Assembly (NCBI GenBank): GCA_963737345.1
Contig: CAVTSM010000013.1
Span: 26,280-90,279, forward strand
Reading direction: 5' to 3'
Origin: an uncultured Pseudomonadota bacterium
GTDB taxonomy: Bacteria; Myxococcota_A; Polyangia; Fen-1088
Length of the DNA: 64,000 nucleotides
This document shows positions 1 through 10,810 of the stretch, one piece after another (within the stretch, counting starts at the first letter, position 1; each line of letters starts with the position of its first letter). The notes under the pieces were generated by a model. The model had not been told where the DNA came from. It made no database searches and worked only from the letters and a program-made list of their open reading frames with translations. A program made the translations under genes and the position numbers.

Positions 1-473
1 ATCGACGGACCCGTGACATAGAGGCGCTTGGGATCGATGTTGTACCGACCCATCACCTCCTTGAGCACGACCATCGTCAGCCGACCCTCGAACTTCTCGG
101 CGCCGGTGATCGGCGAAATCGGGTCTCCCCAACCGCTGTTGTTGGTCTGCGAGATCGGGATCAGGAAAAACGAGGGGTCTTTAGCCTGGTGCGGCGCGGC
201 CACGAATGTCGCCGCCCAGCCCTTACCGTCACTTTCCAAAGTGCGGGGGAGGTCGGCGTCCGTTGACGCCGCGTGCATCACCACCATCAACGGGTAACTG
301 GTGGCGGGGTCATAACCGGTCGGGACGAAGACATTGTATTCCAGCACCTGACCGGTCATCGCGTCCGTGTACTTGTTCGGTACGTAGTCGGCCGAAGCGG
401 AACGGGACAGCGTCCCCAGCAGCAGTGTGGAGACGAGTGACATACCGAGTAGGCTTTGCCCGCGCTGGATCAT
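1..473 (-). CDS. Secreted alpha/beta hydrolase (esterase/PHB-depolymerase-like), 3' end outside window
   Basis: Manual translation MIQRGQSLLG...YNVFVPTGYDPATSYPLMVVMHA...IDPKRLYVTGPS(M); signal peptide, start of a GxSxG motif at the window edge, GAAGGA RBS. Absent from the ORF track because it lacks a stop in the window. Confidence 0.75.
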   Translation of the reverse strand, partial: MIQRGQSLLGMSLVSTLLLGTLSRSASADYVPNKYTDAMTGQVLEYNVFVPTGYDPATSYPLMVVMHAASTDADLPRTLESDGKGWAATFVAAPHQAKDPSFFLIPISQTNNSGWGDPISPITGAEKFEGRLTMVVLKEVMGRYNIDPKRLYVTGPS

Positions 474-891
474 GAATGTCCTTCCATCGGTAGCGGCACG
501 CCTTGCGCGTGAGCCGCACGAGCCTGACGCTGCCTGCGCGGTCCGGGAACGCATTTCAAGAGCAGCCCCCCCACGTCGACGCTCCCCGGCAGATTCGACT
601 CTAACCCGCGCTGGCTGTCCTCCAGCCTAACGGCGTTCGCGTCTGAGCGAAACATGCCGGCAGCCGCGGCGACGCGATGCGGTGGGGTTCCGGCACGCGA
701 GGCCTGCCGCAAGCCCCCGGCGCGGGTCCCGCATCGTCCATCCGCACGAACAGCCGGTCAGGGAGAGGCTGCTGAACCAAAATCTTTGTAAACGTGCGTT
801 TCTAGGTCGGCATCTGGCGAAGTACGTCGGCCTAGTTTCCGGGTTCCAACCGTGAGACTGTCGCCGCGGGAAATCGATCAAGGAGGTTCGC

Positions 892-1962
892 GTGCGACAA
901 GCGAATGCGCTGCTACGAATTTCCGCAGGACTGGTCCTCTGCGGCGCGTGCGTGGCGGGCGTCAAAAAAGAGTCGCCGCCGGCGCCGCCGCCGATGAGCA
1001 ATCCGGATTCGGGCGGCGGCCTTGGCGTCGACAACCCCAATGCGCCGGTCTGCGGCCTCAAGACCTTCGGGCTGCGCATGGTTCCGCCGGACCTGATGAT
1101 CGTGCTGGACAAGTCGGGTTCGATGCTCGAGCTGCCGGACGGCACCCGCTGCAATGGCGATCCGGCGACGCTTCCGATGTGCGAACCGATGACCAAATGG
1201 GCGCAGATGACGACCGCCATCAACAACGTCGTCAAGCAGACCGAGACCTCGGTCCGCTGGGGGCTGCACCTATTCCCCGATGACAACGACGGTTGCGCCG
1301 TCACCTCGGAGCCCGTGGTCGGGATCAGCGGCGCGAACGCGGCCGCCGTGGCCGCCGCGATGATTCCGCCGCCCGGCTCCGGAAGGACGCCGACCCGCAC
1401 CGCCTTGGTCAACGCGGGCGCCTATCTGGCCGGCTACCCCGACCTCAACCCTAAATACATCCTGTTGGCGACCGACGGCGCACCGAACTGCGCGCCGGCC
1501 GGCCTAACCACGGCCATGCCCGACACCGACGGTGCCATCACCGCCGTGAAAAATGTCGTGGCGATGGGGATCCCGGTCTTCGTCGTGGGAATAGGCAATT
1601 TGCCCGACGCGCAGGCAACGCTGACCGCTATGGCGATCGCCGGTGGCCGACCACAGGCCGCCGATCCCCGGTACTACCCGGTGTCCAGCACCGGGGACCT
1701 GATCTCCGTCCTCGAGACCATCAGCGGGTTGGTCGGAAAATGCTCGTTCAGCCTTGGCAGCGTGCCACCCGATCCGACCAACATTGCGGTCCTCGGAGAC
1801 AGCACAAAAATTCCCAAGGACCCTACCCACACGAGCGGCTGGGACTACGGCACCAGCATGACCTCAATCCAAATCTACGGAAAATGGTGCGACGACGCCA
1901 AGTCAGGGAAGCTCAAGGACATCAAGGCGATCTTCGGCTGCCCGGGCCTCATCATTCCGTAG
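892..1962 (+). CDS. vWA-domain lipoprotein (myxobacterial type)
   Basis: MIDAS motif DKSGSM, TPT and LATDG motifs; lipobox-like LCGAC; AGGAGG RBS. Confidence 0.85.
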   Translation: MRQANALLRISAGLVLCGACVAGVKKESPPAPPPMSNPDSGGGLGVDNPNAPVCGLKTFGLRMVPPDLMIVLDKSGSMLELPDGTRCNGDPATLPMCEPMTKWAQMTTAINNVVKQTETSVRWGLHLFPDDNDGCAVTSEPVVGISGANAAAVAAAMIPPPGSGRTPTRTALVNAGAYLAGYPDLNPKYILLATDGAPNCAPAGLTTAMPDTDGAITAVKNVVAMGIPVFVVGIGNLPDAQATLTAMAIAGGRPQAADPRYYPVSSTGDLISVLETISGLVGKCSFSLGSVPPDPTNIAVLGDSTKIPKDPTHTSGWDYGTSMTSIQIYGKWCDDAKSGKLKDIKAIFGCPGLIIP

Positions 1963-2047
1963 GCTGGGAACCGCTGGATGACGTCACGTGTCCAGTGCCC
2001 GTTTGACCGAGGCCGGCTCAGGAAACCATTTTAATGATTCCGCAGTG

Positions 2048-2130
2048 TGCCGGAGACGAGACTTGAACTCGTAAGCCCGTAAGGGCGGCGGATTTTGAGT
2101 CCGCTGCGTATACCGTTTCGCCACTCCGGC
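2048..2130 (-). tRNA. tRNA-Leu(CAA)
   Basis: Reverse complement GCCGGAGTGGCGAAACGGTATACGCAGCGGA-CTCAAAA-TCCGC...GTTCAAGTC...CTCCGGCA folds as a cloverleaf with long variable arm; CCA not encoded. Confidence 0.95.
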
Positions 2131-2400
2131 GGCGTAATAAGTTCGCGGGAGTCTACCATCCCCGGCCGTCGAGGGAAGAGCCGCGCTGCTCAGGCGCTGC
2201 GAACTGTCCCCCGTCAGACGTTCGGCGGTCTGGACTGCGCCGCCAAGCAGTCGTCCGGCTTCGCGACCGACAGCCCGACCTTCGCAGCAAGGCCCGTCAG
2301 GTCGCCCATCCAGCGTCGCGGCAATCCATGATCTCGCGCGAACTGCGGCTCGAATCACCTCAGCCCTTGCCATCCGCCAACCCGCGCGCACATTCGGCGC

Positions 2401-2691
2401 ATGCGTAGATGCCTTAAGGGCCTGATTGGCGCGGTGCTGCTCGCGGCAACGTTCGTCAGCTGTGATTCGGCCGACGAGGCTTTCGACTGTCAGGCGGTCT
2501 GCCAGCGGTACCACGACTGCTACGACCAGAACTACGACGTGGGCAAGTGCCGCGACGTCTGCCGTGCCAAGGCGGCGCACGATTCGTCGGTCAAGCAGGC
2601 GGCGGACATGTGTGAGTCGTGCATCGGCGACAAGTCCTGTCTGTCGGCGACGTTCGAGTGCGGCGGCAGCTGCTCGGCCATCGTGCCGTAG
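2401..2691 (+). CDS. Small Cys-rich lipoprotein
   Basis: Signal peptide with lipobox FVSC and multiple CxxxC/CxxC pairs. Confidence 0.75.
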   Translation: MRRCLKGLIGAVLLAATFVSCDSADEAFDCQAVCQRYHDCYDQNYDVGKCRDVCRAKAAHDSSVKQAADMCESCIGDKSCLSATFECGGSCSAIVP

Positions 2692-2694
2692 GCT

Positions 2695-3604
2695 TCAAAC
2701 GCCCGACGTCTCGACGCCCGCCGTGTTGATCGCGGCGCGCGACATCCCGGGCGTGTTGAACGCGAATCCCACGCGTCCGGTTGCGTCCGCGCAGATGATG
2801 CCGCCGTCGCCGTTGTAGCGGCGCACGGCGGCCAGTGCCTGGCGGGCGGCGGCGTCGGGCGGCGCGCCGGCCAGCATGGCCTCGACGGCCAGCTTGGCGG
2901 CAGCCGCCTTGATGAACGCTTCGCCCTGGCCGGTGCACGAAGCGGCGCCGGCCCGGTCGTCGGCGTACGTCCCTGCCCCAATCAACGCCGAGTCCCCGAC
3001 GCGCCCGGACAGCTTCAACAAGATGCCGCCTGTCGACGTGGCCGCGGCCACGTGTCCCTGCGCATCGCGCGCGGCGCACCCGACGGTGCCGTGGCCGGCC
3101 GGCGCCGCCCCCGCGCTGCGCGCGGCCTGCCACTTGGCACGCATGCGGTCGGTGATCAGCGCGCCGGGGTCCAGACGCCGGACCCCCTGCTTGGCCGCGA
3201 ACGCCTCCGCCCCCGCACCGACCAACAGCACGTGCGGCGTCCGTTCCATCACGAGGCGCGCCAGCCGGATCGGGTTCTTGACGTCGCGCACGGCCCCCAC
3301 CGCGCCGGCAGCCCCCTGCCCGCTCATGACTGGAGGCGTCGCACTCGACGGTGCCGTCCTCGGTGAGCGTGGAGCCCGTCCCCGCGTTGAAGACGGGGTC
3401 GTCCTCGAGCACGGTCACGGCGGCCACCACGGCGTCGACGGCGGAGCCGCCCGCCTTCAAGACCGCGTGTCCGGCCCGCGCCGCCGCCCGACAGCCCGCG
3501 ATGTGCGCGGCGCCGTCCGGATCGCCTTCGTCTCCGGGCGCGCCTGCGCCACCGTGCACGATCAACGAAAAACCTGGCGGTGTCGCACCGATCGGAGACG
3601 TCAT
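2695..3604 (-). CDS. iaaA: Isoaspartyl peptidase/L-asparaginase (Ntn hydrolase), one frameshift near 3330
   Basis: N part LIVHGGAG...LEDDPVFNAGTGS...ECDAS; C part GTVGCAARD...AATSTGG...GRVGDSALIGAGTYAD; halves are in different frames. ATG overlaps the upstream TGA. Confidence 0.85.
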
Positions 3605-4296
3605 TGATTCAGGTCCCCCCGATTGTAGGCCGCCAGATCGCGGATCGTCCCCGTCGGCTGCGTGAGGATCACCGCCTCGCCGACGGCGGCGCCCGAGATC
3701 CCGTTGATGAGGCCGCCTGTCCAATGGTTGAAGCCCAGTCCTTCGAACAAAACGATGGCGGTGTTGAACAGCGCGTTTCCGAGGTGGGCCCACCAGGCGG
3801 TGGTGGCGCGCTGGTTCCGCGCGTCGCGCACCAGCCTCTGCTCGGCGTCGGCCAAAAGCCGGCACACGTCCGCGTCGTTGCGCGGCGGCGCACTCACCAG
3901 CTGCGCGTGCAGCTCGCGTGAATCGGCGATCACCCGCGGCGGTGAGACGATGAACGGCAGCACGCCGATGGCCGCCGCGCCGGCACCCGTGTAGTAGTCG
4001 ATGCGATCCGCGGGATCGACGAACGGAACCGCAATCAACGTTCCGACACCCGCCGCGCCAATCCCCAGCCCCCAACCCCAGTTCCACATGCTCATCCGAG
4101 GCGCCTCGCGCGCCAGCCGATGATCGATCCATTCGAGTCGGGCGCGCCCGTCAATCGCGCCCAGACGCGGCTCGGCGCCCGTTGGCGCCCCGCAGGGGAC
4201 GTCGCCGTGCGCGAGAGCGGCGCGTGCCACGACCACCGCCGTCAGGCTGGCGCGGATTGTCCAGCGGCCCCTTGTGCCGAGACGGTCGCGATTCAC
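3601..4296 (-). CDS. Hypothetical membrane protein
   Basis: C-terminal part of ORF 3601..4683 has hydrophobic segments (WNWGWGLGIG, HLGNALFNTAIVLF); stop coupled to the asparaginase ATG; start uncertain. Confidence 0.6.
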   Translation of the reverse strand: MNRDRLGTRGRWTIRASLTAVVVARAALAHGDVPCGAPTGAEPRLGAIDGRARLEWIDHRLAREAPRMSMWNWGWGLGIGAAGVGTLIAVPFVDPADRIDYYTGAGAAAIGVLPFIVSPPRVIADSRELHAQLVSAPPRNDADVCRLLADAEQRLVRDARNQRATTAWWAHLGNALFNTAIVLFEGLGFNHWTGGLINGISGAAVGEAVILTQPTGTIRDLAAYNRGDLNQ

Positions 4297-4306
4297 GTTT
4301 GACACT

Positions 4307-4813
4307 ATGCCAACCAAGAGCACCGTGCAGAAGGCCAAGCGCGACCTGCGCGAAGGCAAGAGTCCCTCGACGGCCGCCGGCGAGTTCGTCCGCGAAGAGA
4401 TGGACCACGTTCGCGAGCACAAGCACGGGGCTCGCTCGCCCCGGCAAGCGATCGCCATCGGCCTGTCGAAGGCGCGTCGCTCAGGCGTCCCCCTGAAGGC
4501 GCCGCGCCGCGGGCAGACGTCAGAACGGACCCGCAAGTCGGCGGCGCGCGACGCGGCCACGGGGCAGGGCCGTCGCAAGCCGCGCGCGTCGTCGGCGCGC
4601 CGGCGTAAGGCCACCACCCGAGCCCTGCGCCGCGAAGGCTCGGCCGCGGCCAGCCCGCGCGCCCTGTCGCGCCAGGCGCGCAACGCCGCTCAGCGCCGGA
4701 GCAGCGCCGATCGTTCGCGCGCTGCCAAAAAGGGCGCCGCGACCAAGGGCACGCGGGCCCGGTCGCAGGCGGCCAAGCGCGGCGCCAAGACGCGACGGCG
4801 CAGCAGCCGCTGA
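4307..4813 (+). CDS. Basic DUF6496-like protein
   Basis: MPTKSTVQKAKRDLREGKSPSTAAGEFVREE...ARSPRQAIAIGLSKARRSG followed by an Arg/Lys-rich tail. Confidence 0.75.
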   Translation: MPTKSTVQKAKRDLREGKSPSTAAGEFVREEMDHVREHKHGARSPRQAIAIGLSKARRSGVPLKAPRRGQTSERTRKSAARDAATGQGRRKPRASSARRRKATTRALRREGSAAASPRALSRQARNAAQRRSSADRSRAAKKGAATKGTRARSQAAKRGAKTRRRSSR

Positions 4814-5128
4814 TCAGCCAGCACCAACGGCGTCCAGCGCGCCTTCCAGCTCGCCGCGCGCATGGGCGTCGCCGCGCCGGGTCGCCACCTCGATGCCCCG
4901 CGCGTAAACGGCGCGCGCGGCCGCGCGATCCCCAAGCGCAAGGTGGGTGTTGCCCGCGTGCAGGTAGCCGGCAACGTAGTCCGCGTGGTCGCGGATCAGA
5001 ACCTCGAACTGCTCGCGCGCCTCGGCCAGCTTGCCGCTGTTCTTGTACTCCAGTGCCAGCGCATACTTCGGGAACGGATCCTGTGGCTTGCTGGCGATGA
5101 ACGCTCGAAGAGTGTCGACCCGAGACAT
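4814..5128 (-). CDS. Small TPR protein
   Basis: PQDPFPKYALALEY...YVAGYLHAG...GDAHARGEL pattern typical of ~100-aa TPR proteins. Confidence 0.8.
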   Translation of the reverse strand: MSRVDTLRAFIASKPQDPFPKYALALEYKNSGKLAEAREQFEVLIRDHADYVAGYLHAGNTHLALGDRAAARAVYARGIEVATRRGDAHARGELEGALDAVGAG

Positions 5129-5180
5129 GCCGCGAGTGTACCGCGTCGAGGGACCGCGGGCTTTGCCCCCGCGAGCCGGC

Positions 5181-5579
5181 TCAGATGGACTGAAGCCGTC
5201 GTTCGGGGCCGGGGACCTCGCCGTCGATCGGCAGGATCCGGTTTTGCGCGTCGACGTGAACGACGATCGGCGTCCAGGCGCGCGCCTCGGCTTCGTCGGC
5301 CGCCTCTGCGAAGGTCGCGATGATGACGATGTCGCCGGGGCGGGCCAGATGGGCGGCCGCGCCGTTCACGCAGATGACCCCCGACCCGGGCTCCCCTTCC
5401 AGCGCGTACGTCTCCAGCCGCGCGCCGTTCGTGCGATTCCAGATCGCAACCTTCTCGTACGGCAGGATGTTCGCAGCCCGCATCAACGTTGCGTCGATCG
5501 TCACGGAGCCTTCGTAATCCAGGTCGGCTTGCGTGACGGTCGCGCGGTGAATCTTCGATTTGAAGAATGTCCGACGCAT
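5181..5579 (-). CDS. panD: Aspartate 1-decarboxylase
   Basis: [29 protein letters not shown]...NGARLETY...NGAAAHL; G-S autocleavage site. Confidence 0.97.
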   Translation of the reverse strand: MRRTFFKSKIHRATVTQADLDYEGSVTIDATLMRAANILPYEKVAIWNRTNGARLETYALEGEPGSGVICVNGAAAHLARPGDIVIIATFAEAADEAEARAWTPIVVHVDAQNRILPIDGEVPGPERRLQSI

Positions 5580-5696
5580 CTGAAACCTCGTCCAGGCCAC
5601 ACAGGGTCCCGGCGCGTTTCAATCGCAAGAATACGGGGCGATTGCCGTCAAGTCAAAGGTTGACGGGTGCGGGCCGATCCCGCAGGCTGACCCAAC

Positions 5697-6548
5697 GTGA
5701 AGGCGCGCAATTTCGTCCACGTGCTGGGGATCGACCTCGGCGGCGGCAAAGGGAAGAAGACCGCCCTCGCCACATTGCGTGTCGACGGCGACGGCGCGAC
5801 GGTCGTCGACATCGCGCCCCGCAACGGCGCGCTGCCCTTCTATGACGCGGCGCTGATCGACACCATCCGCCAGTACGGCGACGAGACTCTTCTCTGCGTC
5901 GACGCGCCGCTGACTCTGCCCCCCTGCTTGCGGTGCGCGGTCCCGATCTGCCCCGGGCAGAACGCCTGTGTCGATCCCTCGGTGGTCGAGATGCGAGCTC
6001 TGGCGGCGGCGCCGGACCAGCGACACGACCGCGACAGCCGGCGCGGCAAACCGCCGATCACCCCCTACACCCAGCGCGCGACCGAGGTTCACCTGGCACA
6101 CCGGATGGGCATCGTCGCGCGTGAGGGGCTGGGCCAGGGTACGGGGCCGCTGGCGGCGCGCGCCGCCCACTTGCTGCGGGCGCTCGCCGATCGCTTTCGC
6201 CTGAACGAAAACCTGATCGAGGCCTATCCAAAGGCGACCCTGTCGATGCTGGGGCTCGCGACGCCGTTCAAGAAACACCTGCGCGAGCGGGAGGCGCGCG
6301 CGCGCATTCTCGAGGCGCTCTCCGACGAGCTGCGATTTGGCCCCGGCGTCTGGCGCGAGCTGTGCATCCAGAGCGACCACCTGTTCGAGGCGGTGATCTG
6401 CGCCTTCACCGGGTTCTTGTGGGCCCGTGACGCCTGGGTTCTGCCGGCCGCGGCCGAGCCGCGTGACGACGAAGCGCGGTTGCGCGACGGCTGGATCTGG
6501 ACGCCTCCGCCCCGGGCCGCTCAAGAAAAGTCTGCGGCCGAGGGCTGA
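5697..6548 (+). CDS. DUF429 / RNase H-like predicted nuclease
   Basis: VLGIDLGG, VDAPLTLP, IEAYPKA motifs. Confidence 0.75.
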   Translation: MKARNFVHVLGIDLGGGKGKKTALATLRVDGDGATVVDIAPRNGALPFYDAALIDTIRQYGDETLLCVDAPLTLPPCLRCAVPICPGQNACVDPSVVEMRALAAAPDQRHDRDSRRGKPPITPYTQRATEVHLAHRMGIVAREGLGQGTGPLAARAAHLLRALADRFRLNENLIEAYPKATLSMLGLATPFKKHLREREARARILEALSDELRFGPGVWRELCIQSDHLFEAVICAFTGFLWARDAWVLPAAAEPRDDEARLRDGWIWTPPPRAAQEKSAAEG

Positions 6549-6554
6549 ACCGCC

Positions 6555-7244
6555 TCAGCGCGCCAGCGCCGGCGGGCTGAAGTCGTCGTCCTGGTCGTCG
6601 TCGTCGTCCCGCGAGCGATCGGGGGGCCCACCCAGCAAGAGGCTCGCGCCGCGATCCCGCAGGAACTCGAGAAACGCCAGCGCGGGCGGCAACTCGGCGG
6701 CCGGGATCTCGTCGAGCAACTCACGAGCCTGGCGCCGCAGGATTTCGCCGGGCGCCTCGCCCGACGGGATCGCCCGCGGCAGCTCGAGGGGCTCCTCCGG
6801 CTGCTCGACCCGCCCCCACGGCGGCGGGTTTCCGACCTCGATCTTCATATGATCGAGCCAGGTCTGGATGTGGAAGTGCAGCAGCTCGGACCGATACCCG
6901 AACCAGCGCTCGCGCTCGGCGGGAAAGGCGAGCAGCACGTCCTTGAACCGCCGGAACGCGCCCTTGCCGTCGATGGCGATCAACAGCCGCTCGCGCAGCG
7001 CCTCGTCCGCGACCGAAGAGACGAACCGCTCCATCCAGCGGTATTGCTCCCGCGAAGATGCCGGGTCGATGCGCAGGTACCGCTCGGGATTGGTGGCCAC
7101 CCGCGCGCGCCGCGCGGCGGCATCCGGTTCGCCTTCGACGATCGCCAGCAGGTCGCCGTTCTCGAGATCCAAAAAGCTCTCTTGATCCGGAGAGTTGCGC
7201 TCGAACGCAATCTCGAGATCGCTCCAATTCACGGTAATCGGCAT
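6555..7244 (-). CDS. UPF0158 family protein
   Basis: [13 protein letters not shown]...[15 protein letters not shown]...ERERWF. Confidence 0.9.
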   Translation of the reverse strand: MPITVNWSDLEIAFERNSPDQESFLDLENGDLLAIVEGEPDAAARRARVATNPERYLRIDPASSREQYRWMERFVSSVADEALRERLLIAIDGKGAFRRFKDVLLAFPAERERWFGYRSELLHFHIQTWLDHMKIEVGNPPPWGRVEQPEEPLELPRAIPSGEAPGEILRRQARELLDEIPAAELPPALAFLEFLRDRGASLLLGGPPDRSRDDDDDQDDDFSPPALAR

Positions 7245-7458
7245 CGGCCCGCCACTTTCCCCGAGCCCCTCCTCCCCAGAAGAAGCACGGCGACCAAGAA
7301 TTAATGAAGAAAGTTTACGAGTCTGGTCAGGCTTTGCAACCGAACTCGTCCGGAAACCCCGAAATCCCGACGAGGGTTCGGCCTTTGACTTCAGGCGCAG
7401 TCGCGGACTAGACTCCGCCCCTTCTTCAAATCACCAACAGTCGTACCCGGAGGTCCTT

Positions 7459-7725
7459 TTGGCTCGCGTCACCGTCGAAGATTGTCTCGAGAAGGTCAAC
7501 AACCGGTTCGCGCTGGTGGTGCTTGCCGCCGAGCGCGCGCGTCAGCTCGCCAACGGCGGACGCCCGCTGGTCGCCTGCACGAACAAGCCGGCGGTGACCG
7601 CGCTTCGCGAGATCGCCGGCGCCAAGGTCCGCTTCAACGAATCCGTCGAAGGGACCGTCCGCCACTTCATCGACGAGGTGAAGGCCCGCGGGTTGCGCCC
7701 GCCCGAGAAGCATCGGGACCGCTAA
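7459..7725 (+). CDS. rpoZ: RNA polymerase omega subunit
   Basis: TTG start after GGAGG; [30 protein letters not shown]...[12 protein letters not shown]. Confidence 0.95.
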   Translation: MARVTVEDCLEKVNNRFALVVLAAERARQLANGGRPLVACTNKPAVTALREIAGAKVRFNESVEGTVRHFIDEVKARGLRPPEKHRDR

Positions 7726-8975
7726 GCGCGGGCGGCGACCACGACCTTGAGGTAGTTGCCCTCGGGGAATCCCGGCGCGACCGGGTAGTCCGGGGGCAAG
7801 CCGACCCGCTCGACGATCCGGAGGTCAGCGCCCGCCGCCGCGCCACCTTCGCCCAGCGCCTTGTCCACTTCGGCAGCGGACACCTTCGTCGAGTTCGTCG
7901 CGAAGACCAGCAGCCCGCCCGTCTCCAGCACCAGCGCGCATCCGGCGGCTAGGCGCGCCAAATCGCGCGCCACCTGGAACTGCCCGGCGGGCCCCTGCGA
8001 GAAGGTCGGTGGGTCGCAGACGATCAGATCGAACCGGCGGCCACGGTCCGCGAACCGGTCCAAGGTCTTGATGACGTCCGCCGTGATCGCCTCGAGCTTG
8101 GCCGGATCCAACCCGGATAGCTCATAGTTACGACGCGCGCGCGCATGCGCCTTGGCCGCCAGATCGATCGCGACCACCTCGGCGGCGCCCGCCTTCGCCG
8201 CGCGAACCGAGAAGGCGCCTGTGTAAGAAAACAGATTCAAGAGCCGCCGCCCCGGCGCGCGGGCCGCCACGGCCCCCCAGCCGAGCCGCATGTCCGGAAA
8301 CAGCCCGACGCCCATTGGCGCCGTCACGTCGACGCCAAACCGGCACCCCGCGTCCGAGACGACCAGCTCAACCGGCGCCTCCTCGCCGCTGACGCGTACC
8401 GCCGGCTCGGGAGGCGCCGAACCTGCTAGAGGCCGCAGTCGTCTTTGCTCATAAATGGCCGCCGGCGACAATTCACGTTCGATGGCCCTATAGAGTTCGT
8501 CGCGCCACGTTAGAGCACCGGCCGACAACCATTGCGCAACGACGAAGTCGCCATAACGATCGACGGTCACGCCAGGCAAACCTTCGTTCTCGCCGCTGAA
8601 CATGCGGCTGGCCTCGGGCATTGCAGCGCCGAACAGTGTTTTGCGCAGCGCGACGGCGCGCCCGAACCGCTCGGTGATGGCGCCGCGGCCCGGCGTCACA
8701 TCCTCGTGGGGATTGCGCGTCAAGATTCGGACGGCAATCGCGTGCTCGCGATCGACAAAACCGCGCGCAACGAATTCACGGTTCCCCGAGATGATATCCA
8801 CGACGGTGCCGGTGTCCTCCGCAATGCCGCGTGGCCCCAATGCGTCGCGATAAACCCACGGATGACCTGCCTGCACACGTGAGGCGATGTCGCTTGTAAC
8901 CCTATACTGTCCGACACGCTTCCGCACACCGGGCGCGGATTGTTGGGGGCGGAATGACGGCGGCGGCTTCCTCAC
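7722..8975 (-). CDS. 23S rRNA methyltransferase, RlmI/RlmK-like
   Basis: GHPWVY PUA-like N-terminus, [36 protein letters not shown]. Confidence 0.88.
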   Translation of the reverse strand: MRKPPPSFRPQQSAPGVRKRVGQYRVTSDIASRVQAGHPWVYRDALGPRGIAEDTGTVVDIISGNREFVARGFVDREHAIAVRILTRNPHEDVTPGRGAITERFGRAVALRKTLFGAAMPEASRMFSGENEGLPGVTVDRYGDFVVAQWLSAGALTWRDELYRAIERELSPAAIYEQRRLRPLAGSAPPEPAVRVSGEEAPVELVVSDAGCRFGVDVTAPMGVGLFPDMRLGWGAVAARAPGRRLLNLFSYTGAFSVRAAKAGAAEVVAIDLAAKAHARARRNYELSGLDPAKLEAITADVIKTLDRFADRGRRFDLIVCDPPTFSQGPAGQFQVARDLARLAAGCALVLETGGLLVFATNSTKVSAAEVDKALGEGGAAAGADLRIVERVGLPPDYPVAPGFPEGNYLKVVVAARA

Positions 8976-9086
8976 GGCGCGGCACCATAAAGACCGCGGC
9001 TTCCCCTGTCAAAGGGTAGCGTGTAGGCTTGAAGCCCTGAATTCCGGACTGACACCCCGGATTTGCCTGGAAAGGATTCACCCGGC

Positions 9087-10661
9087 ATGACCACGAAGCC
9101 CCCCACCGAACTGGAGGCCACCGGACATCCGGACGGTTCGGATCAGGATGTCGATGACCTGTCCGACGAGATCGTGGTCGATGCTTCGCAAGACGTCACG
9201 GTGGACGCGTCGGATGACGCGCTGGACGCGGAAGACGAACAAGTTTTCACGGCCAGCGAGACGCCGCCGCCCACCCCGGGGCCTCTGGTCGCTTCGACGG
9301 ATACGCCGCCCCCTCTCATGACCAAGCCCGCCGCCGCCTACTCCCGGCGCAACGCGCCCACGCTGCTGGGGATGCCGCTTCCGTCGTCGCCGTTGCCCGG
9401 CACCAGCGCACGCGCTTCGATGCTGGGGCTCGGGCTGGGTGAAGACGACCACGAGATCGGCGAGGACGACGACGAAGTCACCGTGATGGCCCGACCGTCC
9501 GTGACAGACGACGAGGAAGAGGCCACCAAGGTCGAACCCGCCGAGACGGCCATTCGCGCGGCCGCGATAAAGGACGACAGCGACGAAGATGAACTGACGG
9601 CCGCGCTGTCGACGCAGGCCAGCGTCGAACGCGAGCGCGCTCTCCGTAAGTCGATGCCGCCGTCGCTGGACGTGCCGTTGTCGGCGCACAGCTACCGCGC
9701 CGGCGAATCTTCGGGCGCTGAGTTCGCTGATTCGGCCGACCTGGCCGACGACGACGATGTGGCGCTGGCGGACGAAACACCTGGCGTTGCGATGGACGAG
9801 GACGAAAGCGCCACTGGCACGTACTCGGCCGACTCCGACGCCTCGGAGCTGGAAGCCGTGCTGGCGCCGCGACGCCCGACGTCACCCGCCGGCAGCTCGG
9901 CGCTGGGCGGCGCGGGGTTCGGCGCTCTGCCCTTCAGCGCGCCGGCGCCGCTGGCGCGGACCGACGGCTTCGGCGGTCGCTTGCCCACGCCCAGCGCGGG
10001 GCTGGGGCTGACGCTGCCGCCCAGCCCGTCGCTGCCGCCACCGGCCGCTTCGCCGTTCTCATCCCGATTGGCGCCCGGCGGATCGCCGTACCCCCGCAGC
10101 ATGTCGCCGGGACCGACCGGTTCCCATCCGGCACTGCAGATTCCGGCTCCCTCGGGCGCGGTGACCGTTGCCAGCACCGGCGGGATCTTTCGAAGCGTGC
10201 AGCTGCCGCTGGGCGGACTGGTTGCCTCCTGCCTGGCTTGCCTCGTCGGCGGGCTGGTGATCGGCGGGAAGTTCCTGGGGACGCGCGCACCGGCGCGCAC
10301 ACCCGCTGTCGCCGCCGCGCCGGCGCCCCTGCCCGCAGCCCCCGCGCCGGCACCGACACCGCCGCCCGTCGTCGCGCAGCCGGCGCCCGCGCCCGTGCCT
10401 GCAGCGCCGAGCGCGCGCGTCGCCGCCGCGCCGGCGCCGAAGCCCCAGCCGGCCACGCCGCCGCCGAGCCCCCCCGCCGCCCGGCCAGCTCCCAGCGAGC
10501 CCGCCGCCATCGCCGCCAGCGAAGACAGCCCGAAGCCTGCCGCCAAACCCGCCGCGCGCCCCGCCACCACACGCAAGGTGGCCACCAACAGCGGCGACGC
10601 GCCCGTCTCCAAGCCCCGGCCCAAGGTCGCCAAGGGCTGGGTCGACCCGTTCGCCGACTGA
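9087..10661 (+). CDS. Low-complexity membrane protein (acidic N-terminus, one TM helix, Pro/Ala-rich tail ending WVDPFAD)
   Basis: Long ORF with typical high-GC codon use; TM segment GGLVASCLACLVGGLVIGG. Confidence 0.7.
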   Translation: MTTKPPTELEATGHPDGSDQDVDDLSDEIVVDASQDVTVDASDDALDAEDEQVFTASETPPPTPGPLVASTDTPPPLMTKPAAAYSRRNAPTLLGMPLPSSPLPGTSARASMLGLGLGEDDHEIGEDDDEVTVMARPSVTDDEEEATKVEPAETAIRAAAIKDDSDEDELTAALSTQASVERERALRKSMPPSLDVPLSAHSYRAGESSGAEFADSADLADDDDVALADETPGVAMDEDESATGTYSADSDASELEAVLAPRRPTSPAGSSALGGAGFGALPFSAPAPLARTDGFGGRLPTPSAGLGLTLPPSPSLPPPAASPFSSRLAPGGSPYPRSMSPGPTGSHPALQIPAPSGAVTVASTGGIFRSVQLPLGGLVASCLACLVGGLVIGGKFLGTRAPARTPAVAAAPAPLPAAPAPAPTPPPVVAQPAPAPVPAAPSARVAAAPAPKPQPATPPPSPPAARPAPSEPAAIAASEDSPKPAAKPAARPATTRKVATNSGDAPVSKPRPKVAKGWVDPFAD

Positions 10662-10736
10662 ACCTCCCCGACGCCCGCGGTGGCGCGGCTAAGTGCTTGA
10701 CTTCGTAGGAAATTGAAAGCATAAGAGGCGGCAGTC

Positions 10737-10809
10737 GCGGGATTAACTCAGTTGGTAGAGTGTCAGCTTCCCAAGCTGAATGTCGCCGGTTCGAACCCGG
10801 TATCCCGCT
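10737..10809 (+). tRNA. tRNA-Gly(CCC), integration target
   Basis: GCGGGAT...TCAGC-TTCCCAA-GCTGA...GCCGG-TTCGAAC-CCGGT-ATCCCGC-T cloverleaf. Confidence 0.96.
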
Positions 10810-10810
10810 C
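10768..10810 (+). repeat. attL core (43 bp)
   Basis: TTCCCAAGCTGAATGTCGCCGGTTCGAACCCGGTATCCCGCTC, identical to 26556-26598. Confidence 0.95.

Noticed and set aside
620-800. Integron attC-like site (GCCTAAC...)
   Set aside because: No matching GTTRRRY at a pairing position, no complete L/R box hairpin, and no IntI in the window.
1-2047. Island integrated at the tRNA-Leu 3' end
   Set aside because: No integrase or duplicated tRNA end within the window; cannot be supported.
9934-10767. C-terminal ~277 aa of the 739-aa integrase ORF as a functional domain
   Set aside because: It is antisense read-through across the tRNA and the Pro/Ala-rich host gene, created by integration; low complexity with no motifs.
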